A stretch of DNA of 64,000 nucleotides, taken from an uncultured Chloroflexia bacterium (GTDB taxonomy: Bacteria; Chloroflexota; Limnocylindria; Limnocylindrales; CSP1-4). This document shows positions 1 to 8,651 of the stretch, in pieces (the stretch's first letter is position 1; each line of letters starts with the position of its first letter). The notes beneath the pieces are model-generated. The model was not told the origin of the DNA and made no database searches. It was given only the letters and a program-made list of their open reading frames with translations. The stretch covers positions 512,001-576,000 of the forward strand of contig CAVVYR010000007.1 in the NCBI GenBank assembly GCA_963752475.1, written 5' to 3'. A program made the position numbers and the translations under genes.

Positions 1-24
1 AAGGGGCACCCGCAACGGACGCAT
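1..24 (-). CDS. 5' end of a secreted-protein gene (paralog of 2250..2825), runs off the window edge
   Basis: ATG at 24 with GGAGGGG SD upstream; reads MRPLRVPL, the same as the start of 2250..2825. Confidence 0.6.
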
Positions 25-897
25 GACATCCCCTCCCATCCGCGGGCCGGGTTCGCCAGTGGCTCGGCACGGTCCAGGCGGCCAGTGCTGGGGCCGTGCG
101 TCATCGCCTCCCGCTACGTGCCATTGTCTCGCGGGCGTCCACGACTACCTGCTGCGTCGCAACTTGCCGGTGCCGCGACCACCGGATCGACTCCGCGAGT
201 GACCGATCTCCGCCTCAGCCATCCTGGCTTCGACTTCTGTGACGATGACACGGTCGCGTCGAACTTGACGGCATAGAGGAAGCAGTCAGGATGGGCCGCA
301 TGATACCCAGCGATAGGGCACGCCTGCGATGGGTCGCCGTCCTCCTCGGTGCCCTGGCTGCGACGGCAGCCGGAGGTGGCACTCTGGCCCAAGAGTCTGA
401 TCCAGAGCCCGAGCCAAGCGTGCTGGTCGACGCCGAGGTCCCCAGCCCGTTCCCGACCGCCGAAGAGGTCAGCGGGGTGCTGGGCCATGAGGTCGGGATC
501 CGAGGTATCGAACCCGGCCTGAGCCAGCTGTGGGAGGGCATCGAGTTCGACTGGCAGGAGTTGCCGCGCGCCATGATCGGGATCTATGTGGCGCCTCCGT
601 ATGGGGCGGGAGAGCCGCTCGCTGGGGTCACGATCGATGTCGCCGAGTTCGTCACCGTGGAGGACGCCGTGCGGCATGCCGACGACAAGTTCGCCGACTA
701 CCCCGAAGGCTTCGAGACCGACTTGGACGGCGACTACGTGCTCACACAGACGTTCCCGTCGGACGACTTCGACGCCTCCTTCATCGTCTACAGAGAAGAC
801 ACCCTCATCGTCGTCGTCACGGCGGTGTCATTCGACGGCACGGTGATGGAGGCTGCCAGTGAGGCCACAGTCGAGCTCGTCTTGAGCAAGCTGGGTG
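1..897 (+). repeat. Direct repeat copy 1 of a >=897 bp duplication
   Basis: Colinear with 2802..3698 at constant offset 2801; about 23 substitutions and no indels counted by eye. Confidence 0.95.
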
Positions 898-941
898 CAT
901 CACGGCCGAGATGCCCTAGTAGTTCAGCACTACATCGATGA
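291..941 (+). CDS. Secreted acidic hypothetical protein, copy 1 (true start may be ATG 300)
   Basis: Signal-peptide-like N-terminus (RWVAVLLGALAATAAGGGTLAQ), D/E-rich mature part; near-identical to 3092..3709. Confidence 0.75.
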   Translation: MGRMIPSDRARLRWVAVLLGALAATAAGGGTLAQESDPEPEPSVLVDAEVPSPFPTAEEVSGVLGHEVGIRGIEPGLSQLWEGIEFDWQELPRAMIGIYVAPPYGAGEPLAGVTIDVAEFVTVEDAVRHADDKFADYPEGFETDLDGDYVLTQTFPSDDFDASFIVYREDTLIVVVTAVSFDGTVMEAASEATVELVLSKLGASRPRCPSSSALHR

Positions 942-1885
942 ACGCGTCATCGGTGCTGCTCGGCCCCGACGCTTGAACGAGTACCGGGGTCTGGGGACCG
1001 CTCGGGCTACCCGCCTGAACCCCGATCACATCAGGGCTGGTGCCGTCGAACCCGTCCAGGAAGGTTGCCTCGATGCCTCCGTCCTCACCGTAGAGCTCCC
1101 CCAGACCGAGTCTGTACCAGGTGTGGCTGGCGTTGGCAGTGGACGTCACGCGTGAAGGAGAGTGGTGGTGCTCTCGGCCGCTAATGCTTGCCACCGACAT
1201 GGCTCGTTGTGGTCCAGTCACCGAACGCCGAGGCGTCGAAGTTCGTCGGGTACCGGCCCATCTCGATGGTGTCACCGGCGTCGGGGCCATTGCCGTCGGT
1301 GTCCATGAGCCGGGCGATGAGCACGTCACCGGTGCTGTATCCGTCGAGGCCGTCGATGTCGCTGTAGGCGACCGCGAGGATGCCCGTCAGCGGGATGAGC
1401 GAGGGACCGGGCGGCGGCGGTGCCGGGCGCTCACAGCGAACGACCGGACCCGACCCCGTGCCCTGGAAGCAGGTGTCCACGCCGATGCCACCATTGATGA
1501 TGTCGTTGCCGATCTGGCCCGCGAGGAAGTCGGGACCGACGTTGCCATTGAGCGTGTCGCGGCCGAGCTGACCCCAGATGGTGTCGGCGCCGGGACCCCC
1601 GAAGACGACGTCGTTGCCCTTGCCCGCACAGATGAGGTCGCTGCCGCCCTTGGCGTAGATGCGGTCGGCCCCGCCCCTGGCCACGATGACGTCGCGCTTG
1701 GCGGTGCCCTTGAGGATGTCGGCCTTCTTGGTCCCGACGATCGTGGCCACCTTGCCTTGGCACTTGGGCTTCGGCTTCTTGGCCGCACCCTCCACATCCA
1801 CCGCGAGCGCGCTCGTCGCGAGCGCGGCGGTCAACGTGGCAGCGGCAAGCACGGCCACAACTCGACGGATGGGATGTGCCGTCAT
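916..1885 (-). CDS. Secreted hemolysin-type (RTX-like) Ca-binding repeat protein, frameshifted near 1190
   Basis: Signal peptide and GGxGxD-like repeats in ORF 1181..1885; C-terminus continues in the frame of ORF 916..1329 and ends DDAFIDVVLNY, matching [11 protein letters not shown] of intact paralog 46035..47054. Confidence 0.8.
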
Positions 1886-1972
1886 CGCGTACCCCCTTCG
1901 CGGTGGGGAGCCCCAGATCGAGGCTCGACCACGAGTGCATTATCCCGCAAGGCACAACGCCACTCTCCCTGC

Positions 1973-2308
1973 ATGACCGACCTCGAGAACGCCAGGGCCG
2001 CCGTCGATGAAACCACGCCCGAGGGCTGGTACGCGGGCCGAGCGGGCCACGAGGAGCGGCACAACCAGTGGTGGCGACACGCCTTCGATCCCTCCGAAAC
2101 GCCCATCGTCGGGAAGCGGTCGCGCGAATGGGTCACGGTCGGTCGCACCGAGCTGGAATGCGTCAGGGGAGTGGCACGTCGCTTCGGAGAACGGCGGGAG
2201 GGTCGCTGGCCGGATCAGGGGGGCGGGCAGTCGGCGCGGCACGATGGGGCTACTCGGCAGGTGGCTCCATCGGGTCGGGCACTGGCGGCATGCCGCCAGT
2301 CGGGATGA
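1973..2308 (+). CDS. Small hypothetical protein (possibly decayed)
   Basis: ATG 1973 opens a Trp/aromatic-rich stretch (MTDLENARAAVDETTPEGWYAGR...REWVTVGRTELECV) that fills the gap; its 3' end overlaps the convergent gene. Confidence 0.35.
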   Translation: MTDLENARAAVDETTPEGWYAGRAGHEERHNQWWRHAFDPSETPIVGKRSREWVTVGRTELECVRGVARRFGERREGRWPDQGGGQSARHDGATRQVAPSGRALAACRQSG

Positions 2309-2825
2309 TGACGCCCCAGTTCGCCGCGTTGTCGAAGTCGTCGGGCGCACTCATGATGAGGGTCAAGCCCTGATAGCCACCCGCCCCGGTCAGCACGATC
2401 AACCCCGTCGTACGCGGCACCTCATCACTGAGCGCCATCTCGCTGGTGAACGCGACCATGCTCAGGCCGGTCCCCGACCACGTCCCGCCGTCGTTGACGA
2501 GTCGCACCCTCGACGTGACGGTCGTGGCGGCACTGTCGCCGAACGTGAAGGTGTCGGCGTTGTCTGCGTACGTCATCAGGCCCGACGCGCGGGGATCGGT
2601 CGCCTCGACCGGTTGGTCGACCCAGATCCCACCACGTATCTCGGTCGTGGTGCCGTCGACAGCGGTGACCTGACCTTCGTCGAACGCCCCGGACGACTCT
2701 GTTTGGAACGTGAAGTAGGCCGGGGCCATCGGGTCGGCTTCGTCCTGCGCGGCTACGGCCACGGACAAGCCGATGGCCAACAGCAGGATGACCGCCCCGC
2801 CAAGGGGCACTCGCAACGGACGCAT
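2250..2825 (-). CDS. Secreted hypothetical protein
   Basis: SD GGAGGGG before ATG 2825; signal peptide ending AVAA-QD; beta-rich mature domain with DPRASG and LTGAGGYQGL motifs. Confidence 0.8.
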   Translation of the reverse strand: MRPLRVPLGGAVILLLAIGLSVAVAAQDEADPMAPAYFTFQTESSGAFDEGQVTAVDGTTTEIRGGIWVDQPVEATDPRASGLMTYADNADTFTFGDSAATTVTSRVRLVNDGGTWSGTGLSMVAFTSEMALSDEVPRTTGLIVLTGAGGYQGLTLIMSAPDDFDNAANWGVIIPTGGMPPVPDPMEPPAE

Positions 2826-3698
2826 GACATCCCCTCCCATGCGCGGGCCGGGTTCGCCAGTGGCTCGGCACGGGCCAGGCGGCCAGTGCTGGGGCCGTGC
2901 GTCATCGCCTCCCGCTACGTGCCATTGTCTCGCGGGCGTCCACGACTACCTGCTGCGTCGCAACTTGCCGGTGCCGCGACCACCGGATCGACTCCGCGAG
3001 TGACCGATCTCCGCCTCAGCCATCCCGGCTTCGATTTCTGTGACGATGACACGGTCGCGTCGAACTTGACGGCATAGAGGAAGCAGTCAGGATGGGCCGC
3101 ATGATACCCAGCGATGGGGCACGCCTGCGATGGGTCGCCGTCCTCCTCGGTGCCCTGGCTGCGACGGCAGCGGGGAGTGGCGCTCTAGCCCAAGAGCCTG
3201 ATCCCGAGCCCGAGCCGAGCGTGCTGGTTGACGCCGAGGTCCCCAGCCCGTTCCCGACCGCCGAAGAGGTCAGCGGGGTGCTGGGCCACGAGGTCGGGAT
3301 CCGAGGTGTCGAACCCGGCCTGAGCCAGCTGTGGGAGGGCATCGAGTTCGACTGGCAGGAGTTACCGCGCGCCATGATCGGGATCTATGTGGCGCCTCCG
3401 TATGGGGCGGGAGAGCCGCTCGCTGGGGTCACGATCGATGTCGCCGAGTTCGTCACCGTGGAGGACGCCGTGCGGCATGCCGACGACAAGTTCGCCGACT
3501 ACCCCAAAGGCTTCGAGACCGACTTGGACGGCGACTACGTGCTCACACAGACGTTCCCGTCGGACGACTTCGACGCCTCCTTCATCGTCTACAGAGAAGA
3601 CACCCTCATCGTCGTCGTCACGGCGGTGTCATTCGACGGCACGGTGATGGAGGCTGCCAGCGAGGCTACAGTCGAGCTCGTCCTGAGCAAGCTCGGTG
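2802..3698 (+). repeat. Direct repeat copy 2 of the duplication
   Basis: Matches 1..897. Confidence 0.95.
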
Positions 3699-3709
3699 AC
3701 GGGACCTAG
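3092..3709 (+). CDS. Secreted acidic hypothetical protein, copy 2
   Basis: 205 aa ORF with signal peptide; paralog of 291..941. Confidence 0.78.
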   Translation: MGRMIPSDGARLRWVAVLLGALAATAAGSGALAQEPDPEPEPSVLVDAEVPSPFPTAEEVSGVLGHEVGIRGVEPGLSQLWEGIEFDWQELPRAMIGIYVAPPYGAGEPLAGVTIDVAEFVTVEDAVRHADDKFADYPKGFETDLDGDYVLTQTFPSDDFDASFIVYREDTLIVVVTAVSFDGTVMEAASEATVELVLSKLGDGT

Positions 3710-4341
3710 CCACCTCCGCCTCACCCGACCACGATGCTACTCACCAGCACGGACGAGTACGAGGGACTGTCGGCCTACGTCGCGGTAGTCGAGGACGATG
3801 ACGAACCACCCAGGTTCCGGGCCGCCGTCTTCCCCGGCGAGATGCCCGAGCACCTCGCCGGGGCGGCCGCTACCCCGGCGCCCACGTCCCCGGCGCCAAC
3901 CGACGAGGGTTCCCGTCGTCGACCGTGAGCCGGCGGTCGTGACCGGCACGGCCGGCCACCCCCTCTCTTCGGCCGGCGCTTCGCGTCAGTGGGATGGCAC
4001 ACGGGTCGTCGGCATTGACCAGTACGAGGTGTGGACCTTGGAAGCCAGCGACCCGCGACTCAGCGGCGCGTTGCTCTCGGTCTTCGATCTCATCTTCTAC
4101 GAGGATCTGGGTGTCTACGTGGCGGACGGCCACAGCAAGCTCGAGACGGCCGAGGGTCGCTGGAGCGGTGAGTTCACCTTCGTGGGCGGCGAGGCGCTGG
4201 CCAACGTCGCGATCGTGTCGCTCACGGCGAAGGCGCGTACGAGGGCTTGATGACCGTTTCGTCATGGACCAGGACGCCGGGCGCTCGTTCACTACCGGCA
4301 TCGTCAAGGGCGACCTGCCAACGCCTCCGGAACCGAACTGA
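3710..4341 (+). pseudogene. 5'-truncated, frameshifted remnant with 1.5 copies of the domain seen in 2250..2825
   Basis: Fragments LLTSTDEYEGLSAY..AAVFPGEMP, EASDPRLSG, LT(G)EGAYEGL and TGIVKGDLPTPPEP lie in different frames; no start or signal peptide. Confidence 0.6.
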
Positions 4342-4362
4342 CGAGCGTGGCACGATGGGCGT

Positions 4363-4647
4363 ATGACCCATCAGAACGCAGTGTTCGTAGAGTCGTACCG
4401 TGGCACGTACCAACAGGCCCACGCCGCCTTCCGTGAGGCCGCCGCCCGCCATGGCCCTGCCGGCTATCAGCCGACGACTCAGGACTGGGTGGGCCAGGGA
4501 CCGCGCTGGGGCTGCTTCAGCTGCGCACTGATCATCATCCTGCTCATCAGCATCATCGGTATCCTGCTGCTGCCCTTCGTCTTCCTCGGGCGCAACAAGG
4601 GCACGCTCACGGTCACCTACGCGTACGTCGGGCCGCCGCGCGCATAG
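4363..4647 (+). CDS. Small membrane protein of unknown function
   Basis: 94 aa ORF with one long hydrophobic segment; TGgCACGAT -10-like box 6 nt before the ATG. Confidence 0.75.
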   Translation: MTHQNAVFVESYRGTYQQAHAAFREAAARHGPAGYQPTTQDWVGQGPRWGCFSCALIIILLISIIGILLLPFVFLGRNKGTLTVTYAYVGPPRA

Positions 4648-4774
4648 CCGGGGACGACACGGGGCTCGACCCATGGCCACCATGACGCAGCCTTGCACCG
4701 AGTCGCCCCGCGCTGCGGCAGGCGGGCTAGGCCGTCCGGCTTGCCAAGCGTGCCGGTGACCGAGCGAAGAACGC

Positions 4775-6469
4775 CTAGACCGGCTCGACCGTCAGGCCTT
4801 CACCAGCCTCCTCGATCTCGTCGACGCCCTCGCCGGTGCGGGCACGGGACCGCGTCGGTAGCGGCACCTCGCGCAGTGGCAGCAGGACCACGAAGGCCAC
4901 GGCCACCGCGCCGATGCCGATCCAGAAGACGTCGCCCGTGGCGACGCTCACGGCCTCGTGGACGCCCTCGACGATGGCACCGAGCCAGGGCTCGAGGGTG
5001 GCGCGGGCATCGGCCGGTAGGGCGGCCAGGAGGGACGCCCCGAGGTCATCGACGGCCGTGGTCTCATCGGAGCCGATGGCGGTTCCGCCTTCGGTCAGAC
5101 CGACCACGAGCTCGCCGGGCACGCCGGCCTCGCGGAGCTGTCCGGGCAGGCGGTCGTCGAAGACGCCCGTGAACCACGAGCCCGCGATGGCCAGCCAGAT
5201 CGAGGCGCCCAGCTGGCGGAACGTGGTCAGCGAGCTGGTGGCCGTGCCCATCGTCTCGGGCGGCGAGGTCGACTGGACGACTGCCGTCAGGATCGACGTG
5301 ATGGGTCCCAGCCCGATACCGGTGAGGAACATCGCGCCCCACACCAACGGCAGCTCGGAGTCGGCCTCCAGCCTGGTGAGCAAGACCATACCGGTGATGC
5401 CGGTGAGCATCGCGCCGAGCAGGAGCATCTTCCATCGTCCCGTTCGCGCCACCAACATGCCGCCGGCGATGGCGCCCACGATGAGGCCGCCCAACAGCGT
5501 CATGATCTGCCAGCCGGATTCGGTCGCGCTCGCGCCGTGGACCAGCTGGAAGTAGCGCGGCAGGAAGACCACGCCGATGAAGAGGCCCGCGACCGAGAGG
5601 AAGACCACTGCGCTCGCGACCGCGAACGTGCGCTCAGCGAAGAGCCGCACGGGCACGATGGGGTCCTCCGCGTAGGCCTCGATGATGAGGAAGACTAGCC
5701 CGATCGCGAGGCCGAGGATCATGAAGCCGCCAACGTCGAGATCGGTGAGCGAACCGGTGGGCAGGTTGCGCACACCGACGAGGAAGGGCACGACCGCAAG
5801 CACGAACGTGACCACACCCGCGACATCGAAGCGCTTGACCGGGGCGTCTGTGCGCAAAGACGGCATCAGCCGCCAGATCACGAGCAACGACGCAAGGCTG
5901 ATGGGCAGGTTGATCCAGAAGACCCAACGCCAGCCGATGGTGTCGGTGAAGACCCCGCCGAGCGTGGGGCCGATGAGGAACGCCAGCACGAAGAGCGAGC
6001 CGAAGAGCGCCTGCACCCGGGCTCGTTCAGCCGCGGGGTAGAGATCACCGATGACGGCCAGCGTCACCGGCACGATGGCCCCGGCGCCGACGCCCTGCAG
6101 TCCACGGAAGAGGACGAGTTGCCACATCTCGGCCGCCAGCCCACAGAGGACGGAGCCGATGACGAAAAGGGTCGCGCCGGCGAAGATCACCGGCTTACGT
6201 CCGATGCGGTCGGAGAGCGAACCGAAGATCGGCATCGTCGCCGTCATCGTGAGCAGGTAGATGGTGAAGATCCAGGTGTAGAGGTCGCTGTTCCCGACAT
6301 CGGCCACGATGCGGGGGAGGGCGGTACCGACCGCCGTCGAGTCGAGCGAGGCGGCCAGCAGGATGAGTGCGAGGCTGACCATCACGCCGCGAACGGCCGC
6401 GGCTGACAGGTCGTGGTGGGGTCGATCCGGCTCGGTCGGCCGAGTCGTCGAAACGGGACGGGGTCCCAT
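4775..6469 (-). CDS. MFS drug:H+ antiporter, DHA2 (EmrB/QacA) family
   Basis: About 14 TM segments; GSLSDRIGRK motif A, LFRGLQGVG, GPTLGG, WRWVFWINLP. Confidence 0.93.
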   Translation of the reverse strand: MGPRPVSTTRPTEPDRPHHDLSAAAVRGVMVSLALILLAASLDSTAVGTALPRIVADVGNSDLYTWIFTIYLLTMTATMPIFGSLSDRIGRKPVIFAGATLFVIGSVLCGLAAEMWQLVLFRGLQGVGAGAIVPVTLAVIGDLYPAAERARVQALFGSLFVLAFLIGPTLGGVFTDTIGWRWVFWINLPISLASLLVIWRLMPSLRTDAPVKRFDVAGVVTFVLAVVPFLVGVRNLPTGSLTDLDVGGFMILGLAIGLVFLIIEAYAEDPIVPVRLFAERTFAVASAVVFLSVAGLFIGVVFLPRYFQLVHGASATESGWQIMTLLGGLIVGAIAGGMLVARTGRWKMLLLGAMLTGITGMVLLTRLEADSELPLVWGAMFLTGIGLGPITSILTAVVQSTSPPETMGTATSSLTTFRQLGASIWLAIAGSWFTGVFDDRLPGQLREAGVPGELVVGLTEGGTAIGSDETTAVDDLGASLLAALPADARATLEPWLGAIVEGVHEAVSVATGDVFWIGIGAVAVAFVVLLPLREVPLPTRSRARTGEGVDEIEEAGEGLTVEPV

Positions 6470-6505
6470 CGGTCATCTCCTCAGGGTGAATACAACTGCC
6501 CCAGA

Positions 6506-6555
6506 GTGACACTCGGTGTCACATCCGGGATAGTGCCAAGTGGCACATAGTGCCA
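6506..6555. promoter_or_regulatory. Two TetR-type operator palindromes TGRCAC-N3-GTGYCA
   Basis: GTGACAC-tcg-GTGTCAC (6506-6522) and TGGCAC-ata-GTGCCA (6541-6555), plus a half site at 6533-6538, between the divergent MFS and TetR genes. Confidence 0.8.
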
Positions 6556-6556
6556 T

Positions 6557-6585
6557 TTGACACCGTGAGACGCGTAGAGCATGCT
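6557..6585 (+). promoter_or_regulatory. Sigma70-type promoter of the TetR gene
   Basis: TTGACA (6557-6562), 17 nt spacer, CATGCT (6580-6585), then 6 nt to ATG 6592. Confidence 0.6.
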
Positions 6586-6591
6586 GCACCC

Positions 6592-7230
6592 ATGGACCCA
6601 CTCCCTCAGGGGTTGCGTGAACGCAAGAAGCGCCAGACGCGCATCGATCTCGCCCGAGCGGCCATGGCGCTGTTCGAGCAGCACGGCTACGACGCGGTCA
6701 CGGTCGACGACATCGCGGCTGCTGCCAACGTTTCGCGGCGCACGTTCTTCCGCTATTTCGATACGAAGGACGACGTGATCGCCGTCGATCCCGAGGGCAA
6801 GCTCGCGGCCATGCGCATCGCCCTGCGTGACGGTCCACCGGAGGAGCCGACCCTCGACGCCCTGCGCCGTGGGGCGTTGGCGATGATGGCCGCCTACTGG
6901 GATCCGGAGCTCTCGCGGACCATCATCAGGCTGTTGGAGCAAGAACCGAAGATGATGGCTGCGGCGATGGCCTTCCAGGTGCGCTACATCGGATCGCTCG
7001 CCCACGAGCTGGCCATCGACATGGAGACCGACGAGCGGCTCGATCCGCGTCCGCGGATCCTGGCGCACACGGCGGTGACGATGATGCGTGCCGCGGTCGC
7101 GGGCTGGCTGGCCGATGACTCCGGCGGTGATCCCGGCGAGCGGGCGGAGCTGGCCTTCGAGCAGGGAAGGCCAGCGCTGGAGGCGATCCTGGCGCTGCCG
7201 ACGGAGCAGCCGAGGGCCTCGGCCGCGTAG
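6592..7230 (+). CDS. TetR/AcrR family transcriptional regulator
   Basis: GLRERKKRQTR...GYDAVTVDDIAAAANVSRRTFFRYF HTH; divergent from the MFS pump. Confidence 0.93.
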   Translation: MDPLPQGLRERKKRQTRIDLARAAMALFEQHGYDAVTVDDIAAAANVSRRTFFRYFDTKDDVIAVDPEGKLAAMRIALRDGPPEEPTLDALRRGALAMMAAYWDPELSRTIIRLLEQEPKMMAAAMAFQVRYIGSLAHELAIDMETDERLDPRPRILAHTAVTMMRAAVAGWLADDSGGDPGERAELAFEQGRPALEAILALPTEQPRASAA

Positions 7231-7348
7231 CCCCGGAGGGTCGTTGCCTCGACGCACCAGTGGCCCGGTGCATACGGGCACCGCAGCGGTGACGATGGTG
7301 AATCCGGGCTCGGCGATGCTCTTCGGCGGGTCGTGTCACGATTCGGGC

Positions 7349-8614
7349 ATGAGCGACGATCGAACCCGACACGAATGGGACCTGCGCGTGCCCACCGCCG
7401 AGCAGCTGAAGCCGTGGATGGCACCGACACAGATGGCCTTCGCCGAGGCCACGAGCGGCCCGGAGGTCGACGACTGGGCCAAGCTCATCGAGCCCGATCG
7501 ATGGCTGGGCGCCTTCGAGGACCCCGAGAGCGATGTGCCGGTCGGTGCGGCTACCGCACTCAGCGTGCGCCTGACCGTGCCCGGTGGGGAGGTCCCCGCC
7601 GCTGCCATCACGGCCGTTGGTGTCCGGCCTGACCACCGGCGTCGCGGCGTGCTGAGCGCACTGATGCGGCGCCAGCTTGACGACGTCCACGCGGGTGCAG
7701 AGCCGGTAGCCATCCTGTGGGCCTCGGAGGGCGCCATCTACCAGCGCTTCGGCTACGGCCTTGCCACCTTCGACGGTGGCTTCGAGGCGGCCGCTCCCCG
7801 CACCGCCTTCACGCGTGGGCCAGCACCCGAGGGCCGCGTTTGCATGGTCACCGAGGAGGAGTCGCGCCGTCTCTTCCCGCCCGTCTACGAGGCCATGCGC
7901 ACGAGCACGCCCGGCGCTATCACTCGCAGCGAGGACTGGTGGAACATCGGCGTCCTGGCCGACCCGGAGTACAGCCGGCAGGGCATGAGCGAGAAGTACC
8001 GGGTCGTGTATGAGGCCGAGGGCAAGGCCGAGGGCTACGCCATCTATCGTGTCAAGCAGGACTGGGACCACCTCGGCCCGAAAGGGATGCTGGAGGTGCG
8101 CGACGCGGTGGCCACGACGCCACGGGCGCAGCGCGCGATCTGGCGGTATCTCTTCGACGTCGACCTGGTCAAGACGGTCAAGGCGCGTCACGTGGCCGTG
8201 CCGAACCCGCTCCAGCACATGCTGGCTGAGCCGCGAGCGCTCGGCTTCAACATCTCCGACGGCATCTGGGCCCGACTGGTGGACCTGCCCGAGGCGCTGC
8301 GGGCGCGCCGGTACACCACGACGGATGAACTGGTGATCGAGGTTGCGGATCGCTATTGCCCCTGGAATGAGGGTCGCTGGCGCATCCGGACGAACGGCAA
8401 GCCCGGCGAGGCGGAGGCGAGCGTCGAGACCACGACCGATCCCGCAGATCTGGCGCTCGACACGACCGACCTGGCCGCGGCCTACCTCGGGGGAGCGAGA
8501 ATGCTCGACCTCGCCGCGGCGGGTCGTATCGAGGAGCTCACTGCCGGCGCCGTCGCTCGAGCCCACGCGCTCTTGACTGCGGGCCGCGAGCCCTGGTGCA
8601 ACACCATGTTCTAG
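7349..8614 (+). CDS. Eis-family GNAT N-acetyltransferase with C-terminal SCP2-like domain
   Basis: VGVRPDHRRRGVL acetyl-CoA motif, LWASEGAIYQRFGYG, CPWNEGRW, DLAAAYLGG, C-terminal Phe. Confidence 0.9.
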   Translation: MSDDRTRHEWDLRVPTAEQLKPWMAPTQMAFAEATSGPEVDDWAKLIEPDRWLGAFEDPESDVPVGAATALSVRLTVPGGEVPAAAITAVGVRPDHRRRGVLSALMRRQLDDVHAGAEPVAILWASEGAIYQRFGYGLATFDGGFEAAAPRTAFTRGPAPEGRVCMVTEEESRRLFPPVYEAMRTSTPGAITRSEDWWNIGVLADPEYSRQGMSEKYRVVYEAEGKAEGYAIYRVKQDWDHLGPKGMLEVRDAVATTPRAQRAIWRYLFDVDLVKTVKARHVAVPNPLQHMLAEPRALGFNISDGIWARLVDLPEALRARRYTTTDELVIEVADRYCPWNEGRWRIRTNGKPGEAEASVETTTDPADLALDTTDLAAAYLGGARMLDLAAAGRIEELTAGAVARAHALLTAGREPWCNTMF

Positions 8615-8651
8615 AGCGGGCGATCCCTGGTCCGCGTGCTATCCTTCATCG

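Noticed and set aside
262-292. GGAAGCAG resembling SRP helix 8
   Set aside because: No upstream CAGG or GNRA stem; it fits better as the spacer of a TTGACG-16-CAGGAT promoter
898-2801. Composite transposon or prophage bounded by the 0.9 kb repeats
   Set aside because: The repeats encode a secreted protein, not a transposase; no terminal inverted repeats, integrase or phage genes
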